Of a stretch of DNA of 64,000 bases, positions 43,282 through 52,707 are shown piece after piece; positions within the stretch are counted from its first letter, which is position 1, and every line of letters starts with the position of its first letter. The position numbers and the translations under genes were made by a program. The DNA is from Alphaproteobacteria bacterium (GTDB lineage: Bacteria; Pseudomonadota; Alphaproteobacteria; CALKHQ01), in NCBI GenBank assembly GCA_965227515.1, contig CBDDFZ010000001.1, forward strand, positions 3,392,001 to 3,456,000. Reading direction: 5' to 3'. Under the pieces are notes generated by a model. The model worked only from the letters and a program-made list of their open reading frames with translations, had not been told where the DNA came from and made no database searches.

Positions 43282-44892
43282 CTACATCGGTGCGCCGTTG
43301 ACGGGCCCTGCATGCGGGTCGCCACCGCCATTCGGCGTCACGTTGGGAACCGCGGCACCGTTGGGCTGGCCGCCATTGAGACCGTTTTGCGCGGCACTCG
43401 CCCCGTTGCTGCCCGGCAGGCCAACCGCGCTTGTCGGCCCCGCCGCCTCCGCATCCTCGACATAGAGGTTGGACAGGGCGTCGGCCACGCGCTGGGGCGT
43501 GAAACTCGGCGGCACGCCCTCGTACTTACAGGACGCGATGACCTGGTTGATGATGAATTTCGGCTGGTAGGACGCGAGGCCCCGCTTGCCGTCCTGCTGC
43601 AGCGACTCCAGAACCATGTGGAAGTCATCGTCGCTGAGCTCGATGCCGCGGGACTTGGCCACGCCCTCGAATATCTTGCGATAGACCGGCAGCGTCGGGC
43701 CCGGGATGTTCATCTTGTACGGAATACGCCGCAGGAACGCGGGGTCCATCAACTGGCTGGGCTGCAGGTTGGTGGAGAAGATGACCAGAGCGTCGAACGG
43801 AATCTGGAAGCTCTTGCCCGTGTGCAGCTTCAGATAGTCGACCCGGCTCTCCAGCGGCACGATCCAGCGGTTCAGCAACTGCTCCGGTGTCACCAGCTGG
43901 CGGCCGAAGTCGTCGATGATGAAGGTGCCGTTCAGCGCCTTCATGTGCAGCGGCGCCTCATAGAAGCCCGCCTCTTCGCTGTACTTCAGGTCCAGCATCT
44001 CCAGCGACAGCTCGCCGCCGGTGATCACGGTCGGCCGCTGGCACGGCACGAAACGCAGGTCGATCTCCTCGCGCCGAAGCGACTCGGCAATGCGCGCACT
44101 CCCCTGCGCGCTCACCTTGCTCATGTCGAACTGCTGGTGAACGCTGGGGTCGAAGATCTTGATGATCTGCCCTTCCACCTCCACCGCATGGGGAATGAAG
44201 ACCAGGTTCTGGAACATGGTCGCCACCCGCTCGGCGATCGTCGTCTTGCCGTTGCCCGGCGCGCCGTAGAGCAGGATCGAATGCACGGAGTTGACCGCCG
44301 GGCCCAGAACCCGCTCGAGCCAGTCCGGGATCACCAGCGACTTGAACGAGTCGCGGATCGTGTTGACGTCGACCCGTTCGTTGGACAGGCGCTGCGCCAT
44401 GACCTGTTTGGCATAGGCCTCCAGCGGCACCGGCGCCGGCCCGATGTACTGGTTCTGGCCCAAGGCCTCGTTGGCCCGACTGCGGCCGGTGTTGGTCAGG
44501 CTGTAACGCAGCTCCGACCGGCGGATGGAGTTCGCGGTGCCCAGGATCTCGACATATTTCTGCTCGACCGCGATGCCGAGCAGTTCGGAGATGATCTTGT
44601 AGGGCAGCTTCAGCTGGTTGCGCAGACCGCTGGGCGTGTTCTCGCCGGTCGCCAACATCAGCTTCAGCAAGTGCGGGACCAGCCGCGTCTCGGGAATACC
44701 TGTTTCCTCGATGGAATGCGGCATCTGCGGCACCAGCAGCAGGGCCGTCTCCAGCACCTCAGGACTGATCAGACCGAGCGCGAGAAGGTTATCGCCGATC
44801 CGGCCGCCCTCGCTCTTCTGACGCTCGATCGCACGCTCGATATCCTGGGTGGTCACGAAACCGTGAGCGACAAGTGTTTCGCCGAGCAGCAT
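43282..44892 (-). CDS. AAA+ ATPase with N-terminal MshEN-like domain
   Basis: Walker A GAPGNGKT, Walker B FIIDDFGR, FSTNL, AFLRRI. N-terminus LLGETLVAHG...Q-x5-RIGDNLLALG. Confidence 0.85.
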   Translation of the reverse strand: MLLGETLVAHGFVTTQDIERAIERQKSEGGRIGDNLLALGLISPEVLETALLLVPQMPHSIEETGIPETRLVPHLLKLMLATGENTPSGLRNQLKLPYKIISELLGIAVEQKYVEILGTANSIRRSELRYSLTNTGRSRANEALGQNQYIGPAPVPLEAYAKQVMAQRLSNERVDVNTIRDSFKSLVIPDWLERVLGPAVNSVHSILLYGAPGNGKTTIAERVATMFQNLVFIPHAVEVEGQIIKIFDPSVHQQFDMSKVSAQGSARIAESLRREEIDLRFVPCQRPTVITGGELSLEMLDLKYSEEAGFYEAPLHMKALNGTFIIDDFGRQLVTPEQLLNRWIVPLESRVDYLKLHTGKSFQIPFDALVIFSTNLQPSQLMDPAFLRRIPYKMNIPGPTLPVYRKIFEGVAKSRGIELSDDDFHMVLESLQQDGKRGLASYQPKFIINQVIASCKYEGVPPSFTPQRVADALSNLYVEDAEAAGPTSAVGLPGSNGASAAQNGLNGGQPNGAAVPNVTPNGGGDPHAGPVNGAPM

Positions 44893-45436
44893 GGCTGGCC
44901 ATTTCCCGTATTGGATGTTTGACGACGCCGATCATCACACAAAGGGCTTAACGGAGTTTGACCGTGCCCCGGCAACGCCTGGAAATCTCTTACAATTCAA
45001 TTGGTATTTGCAGTGGTTAATAGAAGCGACGGACGTTTCCCAAAAAACGAGCCGCAAGCAAGCTAGCGAGGAAAGCAGTCCGGCTCTGCTGATCAAACAC
45101 CAATAGAGATTTGCACATATTACGACAAATTCATGAATAACTTGGCATTTTTCCGATTATTCTCTTATGGCGCTGCTTCCAGAGTAAGCGTAGTTAAACA
45201 TTACCATTTTGTTGAAACCAGGAGGTTTCGACAATCTGGTGATCAAAGCCCCGCCGAGCGCCCCCCCCACACGCCGGCGGGGCACTTGATTCTGGGCGCC
45301 GGAATCCCGGCGCGCGGGCGGCGTGAAAAAGTCGCTATGGTTAACCTTCGCGCAATTTGATCGAAATGTTCCGTTAATCCAACTTTGCCACGGTGCCTCC
45401 AGCGAAATCAGCCGACACTGGCTTTGGAGGCCAACC

Positions 45437-45631
45437 ATGGCAAATGTGAACAAGGACGACCGTCTCTCCCAGTTGCGCGAGTTGGAAAACCGCGCGAGCA
45501 TGAACTGGGCGCTGGCCCAGCGCGCCGAGCGCGAGGGTAATGAGGAGCTCGCCTTTCAGCTGGCCGCGATTGCGCGGGAGGCCGACGCGATGGCCATCTC
45601 CCGCCGCGACGGCGCCGCAGTCTGCTACTAG
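45437..45631 (+). CDS. Small helical hypothetical protein (64 aa)
   Basis: GGAGG RBS 6 nt before ATG, host-like codon usage; MANVNKDDRLSQLRELE... Confidence 0.7.
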   Translation: MANVNKDDRLSQLRELENRASMNWALAQRAEREGNEELAFQLAAIAREADAMAISRRDGAAVCY

Positions 45632-45683
45632 CCCCTCTTTTGAGCGTTTTCGCCGTCTGTACTGCGATCCGCGATTATTCGCA

Positions 45684-45725
45684 TTGAACACATCGCCTTT
45701 CCCGGCCATAGTCGATGTATCGACT
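45684..45725 (+). promoter_or_regulatory. Putative promoter overlapped by a palindrome
   Basis: TTGAAC-N17-CATAGT (45684-45712); inverted repeat AGTCGAT-gt-ATCGACT (45710-45725). Confidence 0.5.
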
Positions 45726-45749
45726 CAACAACGGAAAGGAGGTGATCCA

Positions 45750-45827
45750 ATGTCTAGCGAATTGCGCGTGGAGCGCTTTGCCCGGGTTCGGACGCAGACG
45801 ACGGAGCAGCCTCTGTTGGCCGTGTAG
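45750..45827 (+). CDS. 25-aa small ORF MSSELRVERFARVRTQTTEQPLLAV
   Basis: AGGAGG core 7 nt before ATG; stop TAG at 45825-45827. Confidence 0.55.
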   Translation: MSSELRVERFARVRTQTTEQPLLAV

Positions 45828-45872
45828 AATCCAGGATCAGTGATCCAGGGCGCGTTCAACGCCCAATTTGTG

Positions 45873-45900
45873 CGGGGCTGCCGAAAGGCAGCCCCGTTTT
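45873..45900 (+). terminator. Rho-independent terminator
   Basis: CGGGGCTGCC-GAAA-GGCAGCCCCG-TTTT. Confidence 0.85.
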
Positions 45901-45933
45901 CATTTGCCGGTCACCGCCTGTCCGCAGCCCGCG

Positions 45934-47277
<1,344 letters not shown>

Positions 47278-47392
47278 CTATCGGCGCCCGGCCCGCAACA
47301 ATTGCCCTGCAAGAAATATGTTCGACCATGTCCGGTTTCGGCCCGCCCGTTCGTCCTTGTCGGTGTCCGCAACACCCACCGGGAGAGGAACC

Positions 47393-48517
47393 ATGGGCAC
47401 CAACCATTTGCGCATGTTGGCAACCGCCACATCGGCCATAGCCGTTGCCGCCGTCATCTGCGCCATCTCACCAATTGCACGGGCGCAGGACGGCCTGACG
47501 GTCGAGGCTGAACTGGATATGGCGCCGGGCAACCTGACCCATAGCGCCGACGGGCGCACCTTCATCAGCCTGCACCAGCTCTACATGCCGCCGTTCGCTG
47601 TGGCCGAGATCGTCGATGGCGACCCGGTCCCCTTCCCCGATGCAAGCTGGCACGATCCTGCGAGCCCGCCCGACGCGCGGCTCTTCGCCGTGCTCGGCGT
47701 CCAGGTCGACGCCGAGGGCATCCTCTGGATGCTGGACGACGCTGTCGGTTTCGATGCGCAGCCGAAACTGGTCGGCTGGGACCTCGCCGCCAATGCGTTG
47801 CACCAGGTTGTCGACCTGGGTGCCGCGGTCGCCCCGAACAGCTTCTTGAACGATCTTGCGGTCGACCGCACCCATGACGCCGTCTACATCACCGACACGG
47901 CGTTCGGTCCCAATGCGGCGCTGGTTGTGGTGGACCTTACCGCAGGCACCGCAAGGCGCGTGCTGGACAGCCACCCGACCACCATGCCGGAGGATGTCGA
48001 GTTGGCGATCGAGGGAACGCCCGTCAGGTTCATGCAGCCGGACGGCAGCACCGCAAACCCGCGATTCGGCGCCGACGCCATCGCGCTCGACGCGGCGGAC
48101 GAATGGCTCTATTTCGGCGCGCTGTCCGGCACCGCGCTCTATCGGGTCGCGACCGCCGACCTGCGCGACGCAACGCTGGATGACGCTGCGCTCGGCGCGC
48201 GGGTGGAGCGGTTCGCCGACAAGCCGCTCTCCGATGGCATCGCGCTCGATAACGCCGGCAACGTGTACATCACCGACATCGCCGCCTCTGCGATCGGCGT
48301 CATCCACGCTGGCGACCGCAGCTACCGGGTGTTGCATCAAGACAGAGACCTGCTGGCATGGCCCGACGCGCTGAGTTATGGACCGGACGGTCGGATGCAC
48401 GTCTCCAGCACCCAACTGCACCGTTCGCCGGTGCTGAATGGCGGCGAGAATGCCGTGGTGCCGCCGTTCCTGTTGACCTCGTTCGCGTCACTGGCCGAGG
48501 GCACAGTGGGCCGCTGA
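47393..48517 (+). CDS. Major royal jelly / yellow family (L-dopachrome tautomerase-related) secreted beta-propeller
   Basis: Signal peptide; LWMLD, NSFLNDLAVD, YITD, ALVVVDL, DAIAL, WPD. Confidence 0.85.
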   Translation: MGTNHLRMLATATSAIAVAAVICAISPIARAQDGLTVEAELDMAPGNLTHSADGRTFISLHQLYMPPFAVAEIVDGDPVPFPDASWHDPASPPDARLFAVLGVQVDAEGILWMLDDAVGFDAQPKLVGWDLAANALHQVVDLGAAVAPNSFLNDLAVDRTHDAVYITDTAFGPNAALVVVDLTAGTARRVLDSHPTTMPEDVELAIEGTPVRFMQPDGSTANPRFGADAIALDAADEWLYFGALSGTALYRVATADLRDATLDDAALGARVERFADKPLSDGIALDNAGNVYITDIAASAIGVIHAGDRSYRVLHQDRDLLAWPDALSYGPDGRMHVSSTQLHRSPVLNGGENAVVPPFLLTSFASLAEGTVGR

Positions 48518-48536
48518 ACGGAGGAATTTTGCAGGC

Positions 48537-49769
48537 ATGGACAGTGACGATGCCATCGATGGTATCTACCGCCGGCGCCATGGGCAGGTGCTGGCGGCGG
48601 TCTGGCGCTCGGTAGCACCGGCCGCGCTGACCGAGGTCGAGCCGGTCGTGCAGGATGCCTTCATGCGCGCCATCGAGCGCTGGAGTCGGGACGGCATGCC
48701 GGACAATCCGGTGGCGTGGCTGATCCGCGTGGCACGCAACCGCTTCCTGGACGATGCGCGGCGCCGACAGCGCAGCCCCCAGCCGCAATTGGACACCTTG
48801 CTGCCGGACGCGCCTGCACCAGACGCAACTCTCGGCAGCGACGACATGCTGCAACTGCTGTTCGTGTGCTGCGCCACCGATCTCAGCCAGCCGAGCCGCA
48901 TACTGCTCGCCCTGCGCCATGTCTGCGGCTTGGGCACGGCGGAATTGGCCACACTGTTCTGGACCGACCCTGCGGCCCTGGATCGACGCCTTCGCCGCGC
49001 GCGGCGGGCAGTTGGCACCCTGGACCCCGATGCCGACATGCCGGCGGCCACCATGCGCAGCCACTCCGGCGACGTCATCGCGGTCATCTATGCGCTGCAC
49101 AGCGGCGGTTTCGGCGACGCGGCGGACGATCCGCCGAACGCGGACGTTGTGTGCCGCGAAGCGTTGCGGTTGGCACGCCTTGTCGACGAAAGCCGGCACA
49201 CGGCCTCGCCGCGCAGCGCGGCCCTGCTGGCCCTGGTGCTGTTGACCGGTGCCCGCTTGCCGGCGCGCACCGATGCCGACGGTGCGCCACTGGCACTGGA
49301 CGAGCAGGATCGGAATTTGTGGCGACGCGACTGGATTGCCGAAGGGTTGAGCCTGTTGCCGCGCATCCAACAGGCGCCGCAACCCCATGCCATCGCGGTG
49401 GAATCCGGCATTGCCGCATGCCACGCCACGGCAGCCGACTTCATGACCACGGACTGGGCACGCGTCGCGGCGCTCTACGATGTACTGCGCAGCCTCGACC
49501 CCTCGCCCGTCGTGGCGGTCAACCACGCCGTGGCGGTCGGCCTGGCCGACCGTCCCGAGACAGGATTGGCAATGCTGAGCGCCATTGCCGACGCCGCCAG
49601 CGACGCGGTTCGCCATCAATGGTACGCGGCAAAGGGCTTTCTGCTGGCCCGCGACGGCGATACCGAGGCGGCGATCAGCTCCTATCGCACGGCCCTGGAC
49701 CTAGCGCCGCGCCCGGCACAGCGCGCCGGGCTCGCCAAGCGCCTCAAGGCCCTGGAAGCCGGACCGTAG
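48537..49769 (+). CDS. ECF sigma factor with C-terminal TPR extension (ECF42-like)
   Basis: VQDAF, PDNPVAWL..VARNRFLD, DDMLQLLFVCC, LDEQDRNLW, TDW...LYD, SPVVAVNHAVA. Confidence 0.87.
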   Translation: MDSDDAIDGIYRRRHGQVLAAVWRSVAPAALTEVEPVVQDAFMRAIERWSRDGMPDNPVAWLIRVARNRFLDDARRRQRSPQPQLDTLLPDAPAPDATLGSDDMLQLLFVCCATDLSQPSRILLALRHVCGLGTAELATLFWTDPAALDRRLRRARRAVGTLDPDADMPAATMRSHSGDVIAVIYALHSGGFGDAADDPPNADVVCREALRLARLVDESRHTASPRSAALLALVLLTGARLPARTDADGAPLALDEQDRNLWRRDWIAEGLSLLPRIQQAPQPHAIAVESGIAACHATAADFMTTDWARVAALYDVLRSLDPSPVVAVNHAVAVGLADRPETGLAMLSAIADAASDAVRHQWYAAKGFLLARDGDTEAAISSYRTALDLAPRPAQRAGLAKRLKALEAGP

Positions 49770-49778
49770 GTACGGCAC

Positions 49779-50960
49779 CTACTGTGGCGAGTAGACGAGC
49801 CACATGCCGAGCAGTGCGATCATGTCGTCCGGATGCAGGCCGCTGCCCGGGTCGACACGAACGTCGCCGAGGGTTGCAAACGAGACCGGCACCACCGGAT
49901 CGAACGTCAGCGCGACCTCGTCGTCGCGGTAGGCTCCGAAGCCTAGCAGCATCTCGCGCGCGACCGACAGCATGTCCGCCGCCGACCCGTCCGGCGACCC
50001 CAGGTCATTCGCCATTTCACCCAGTGCTTCCAGGCCGTCGGCCACCACCAGGAACGCCGGTTTGCCGCTGGCCGCCATCGCCAGTTCCAAAACCGTGTCG
50101 ACCAGGCCGGCGTCGCGATAGGTCAGCGACGCACTTTGCCACTCGATGAAGTCGACGAACGTCTCGTAGCTACGCATTTGCGGCCCGAACTCGTTCTGCA
50201 TTTCATCGCCGTACATGCCGGATGCGGCAAAGACCATCTGGCCCTGGTTCGAGGCGAACTCCCCGCTGACCTCCACGTCGCCTGTTTCGAGCGATGCGGT
50301 GTAGGTCATATTCATGTCGATGCTGATGTCTCCGACATCCATCAACTGTCCAAGCGCGATGTAGAACAGCTCGGCCGGCAACTCGAAGTCGGTCATGGTC
50401 ACGGAGAACAGCGTCGGCAGCACCCGCTCGCCCACCTCCGGCTGGCGCTCTGCGCCGGACGTGTCCGGGTACCAGTCCGGCTGTTCCATCCGCACGTCGA
50501 TGGCGAGCATGCCATCCGGGCCGAAATCGTAGACCGCATGGCCTTCGATCGACCCAGGCACCCCGTCGTCGATCCGGTAATTCAGAACGATGTCCGCCGA
50601 CAAGCTGTCTTGCGCGAACGGCCAGCGCATGTCGGACTCATACGCGCCCTGCTCGATCAGCAACCCATTGATCTCGATGTCGAGCCACTGCGGCGCGTCC
50701 CCTGACATGATGCTCGCCAGGTCCAGGTCGCCGACGGCGAACCGTTCGGCCGTGACCACGCCGAACTCGGGGATGTCCATCGTGACCTGGTCGAAGACGA
50801 CACGCCCATCGGCGTCCACCGTCTGGCTCTCATAGGCGAGCAGGTCCGGCGGCATCGATTGCAGGATCGGCTGCAGGTCCGCGGGTTCCAAGGCAGCCGC
50901 AGGCCCCGCCAGGCAAACCGTGCCAAGAGCGGCGAGTCGAATGGCGCGCGATCGGACCAT
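49779..50960 (-). CDS. Secreted acidic hypothetical protein
   Basis: Signal peptide ending GPAAA, GGGGGAG RBS, beta-strand-like patterning, no known motif. Confidence 0.75.
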   Translation of the reverse strand: MVRSRAIRLAALGTVCLAGPAAALEPADLQPILQSMPPDLLAYESQTVDADGRVVFDQVTMDIPEFGVVTAERFAVGDLDLASIMSGDAPQWLDIEINGLLIEQGAYESDMRWPFAQDSLSADIVLNYRIDDGVPGSIEGHAVYDFGPDGMLAIDVRMEQPDWYPDTSGAERQPEVGERVLPTLFSVTMTDFELPAELFYIALGQLMDVGDISIDMNMTYTASLETGDVEVSGEFASNQGQMVFAASGMYGDEMQNEFGPQMRSYETFVDFIEWQSASLTYRDAGLVDTVLELAMAASGKPAFLVVADGLEALGEMANDLGSPDGSAADMLSVAREMLLGFGAYRDDEVALTFDPVVPVSFATLGDVRVDPGSGLHPDDMIALLGMWLVYSPQ

Positions 50961-51076
50961 GATGTGTTCTCCCCCGATTTCAGGTCGCATCCCGATGGTC
51001 CGGTCGGGACCAAGGCACGCAACCTAGCGACATGGATGCGTCGAAATGATGACAGCCGCGCCCACGTCCGGGCCCG

Positions 51077-51436
51077 TCAGTCCTGCTGCGGGAAGCTGTC
51101 CACACGGCGCAACTCCACGCTACCGCCGACCGCCAGCACCGGGCATTCCTGGGCAAGGGCAAGTGCTGCCGCGTCGTCCGCTGCCTTCACGATGACAAAG
51201 CCGTTGATGAGCTCATGGGATTCGGCGTAGGGCGCCTCTACGGCCAGCCCATCGGGCCGCGTGGTCAGCACCTTTGGCGCCTCCATGCTCAGCCGCCGCA
51301 CCGCCGACAGCGCATCGCGCGCCTGCAATGCCTGGGTCCAGGTCACGAACTGGGCCACCACCTCGTCGATCTGCTCCGGCGAGAAGCCTTCGAGCTGGCG
51401 CGAGGCATCGCGAAAAAACAATGCATATTCATTCAC
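51077..51436 (-). CDS. YciI/DGPF family protein
   Basis: EAPYAESHELINGF (variant of DGPFxEtKE), AQECP, GSVELR. GTG start. Confidence 0.82.
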   Translation of the reverse strand: MNEYALFFRDASRQLEGFSPEQIDEVVAQFVTWTQALQARDALSAVRRLSMEAPKVLTTRPDGLAVEAPYAESHELINGFVIVKAADDAAALALAQECPVLAVGGSVELRRVDSFPQQD

Positions 51437-51506
51437 GACCAATCCCCCTGATATGGCTCCGAACCGTCGTGGGCCGCCGCGCACCGCGACAATTGGCAAT
51501 TCGACT

Positions 51507-51536
51507 TTGCATCGCCGCGACGGATTGCTATATAAC
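51507..51536 (+). promoter_or_regulatory. tRNA promoter
   Basis: TTGCAT followed by GCTATATAAC and a GC-rich discriminator, 45 nt before the tRNA. Confidence 0.6.
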
Positions 51537-51581
51537 GCGGCTCCACTGCGGTGTTGAGGCACCTTGCAGCGAGTTTGGTAA

Positions 51582-51657
51582 TCCCCGGTAGCTCAGTTGG
51601 TAGAGCAGGTGGCTGTTAACCACCCTGTCGGCGGTTCGAGTCCGTCCCGGGGAGCCA
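51582..51657 (+). tRNA. tRNA-Asn (GTT)
   Basis: Acceptor stem TCCCCGG/CCGGGGA, anticodon arm GGTGG-CTGTTAA-CCACC, GGTTCGAGTCC T arm, encoded CCA; 76 nt. Confidence 0.97.
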
Positions 51658-51684
51658 ACCCCACATCCAAGAAATAGTAGCGAC

Positions 51685-52683
51685 CTATTGCGTGGCGGCG
51701 AATGTCTCGTGGTAGACGAACAGCGACGGCGTGCCGCCGGTGTGCATGAACACCACCGACTGGCCCTTGCCGTAGGCGCCGCCGCGGATCAGATCGATCA
51801 GACCCGCCATTGCCTTGCCGGTGTAGACCGGGTCGAGGATCAGCCCCTCAAGACTGGCGCATAGCCGCAGCGCCTCGACCATACCCTCGGTCGGCTGGCC
51901 ATAGGCCGGGCCGATGTAGCTGTCGCGCAGGTCAACGTCTGCATCGGTGTAAGTGCGCGGCACACCGATCAGTTCGGCCGCCTCGGTCGCCAACCGCGCG
52001 ATCTCGGGCTTCAGCACCGAGGGCGGATCGCCAATGCAGATGCCGACGACCGGCACCGCATCGCCGAGCCCGACCATCAGGCCCGCCTGGGTGGCGCCGG
52101 AGCCGGCGGTGACAAAGACCGCATCGACGGCGATCCCCGCTGCCGCGGCCTGATCCGTCAACTCGTGACCGGCCACCACATACCCCAGAGTGCCGAGCGC
52201 GTTCGAGCCGCCGATGGGCACGATATAGGGCCGATGACCGGACGCCCGCACCTCTTCGGCCACCCACGCGAATTCCGCTTCCTGGTCGCTGTCGCCCGGC
52301 ACGATGTGGACCTGGGCGCCCGCCATATGATCCAGCAGCATGTTGCCCGAGCCGAGGTAGAGGTTACGGTCGGGGAACGTCACGCGGTCGACCAGCACGA
52401 CGTGGCAGGCAAGCCCGTAACGCGCCGCCGCGGCCGCCGTCTGCCGGCAATGATTGGACTGCGGCGCCCCCATGGTGATCAGGGTATCCGCATCGGCGGC
52501 GAGCGCATCGGCGATCAGGAACTCCAGCTTGCGGGCCTTGTTGCCGCCCAGCGCCAGTCCCGTCGCGTCGTCGCGCTTCACATAGATGTCCGGCCCGCCG
52601 AGATGCGCGCTCAGGCGCGGCAGCGGCTCCAATGGGGTCGGCAGGTGGCAGAAGTGCGCACGCGGTATCTGGTCAAGCGACAT
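51685..52683 (-). CDS. D-cysteine desulfhydrase / cysteate sulfo-lyase family PLP enzyme
   Basis: KRDD, GGNKARKLE, QSNH, LDPVYTGKA, HTGG. Confidence 0.88.
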   Translation of the reverse strand: MSLDQIPRAHFCHLPTPLEPLPRLSAHLGGPDIYVKRDDATGLALGGNKARKLEFLIADALAADADTLITMGAPQSNHCRQTAAAAARYGLACHVVLVDRVTFPDRNLYLGSGNMLLDHMAGAQVHIVPGDSDQEAEFAWVAEEVRASGHRPYIVPIGGSNALGTLGYVVAGHELTDQAAAAGIAVDAVFVTAGSGATQAGLMVGLGDAVPVVGICIGDPPSVLKPEIARLATEAAELIGVPRTYTDADVDLRDSYIGPAYGQPTEGMVEALRLCASLEGLILDPVYTGKAMAGLIDLIRGGAYGKGQSVVFMHTGGTPSLFVYHETFAATQ

Positions 52684-52707
52684 GGCGTCCTCACAAATCC
52701 AACCGGC

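Larger units (their letters stand above)
45720..45900 (+). ncRNA. Small transcript with an extended 16S-complementary element (possibly BjrC1505-like sRNA or a small mRNA)
   Basis: Promoter-like sequence upstream, GAAAGGAGGTGATCCA-ATGTCTAG at the 5' end, strong terminator at the 3' end. The resemblance to BjrC1505 is from memory only. Confidence 0.6.

Noticed and set aside
45734-45749. 16S rRNA gene fragment on the minus strand
   Set aside because: The match is only 16 nt. A real rRNA copy would continue GATCCAGCCGCA, whereas this continues GATCCAATGTCT.
51582-51700. Integrative element at tRNA-Asn
   Set aside because: No integrase, and I saw no duplicate of the tRNA 3' end in the window.
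51685-52683. ACC deaminase (acdS)
   Set aside because: Has DPVYTGK rather than the diagnostic DPVYEGK.
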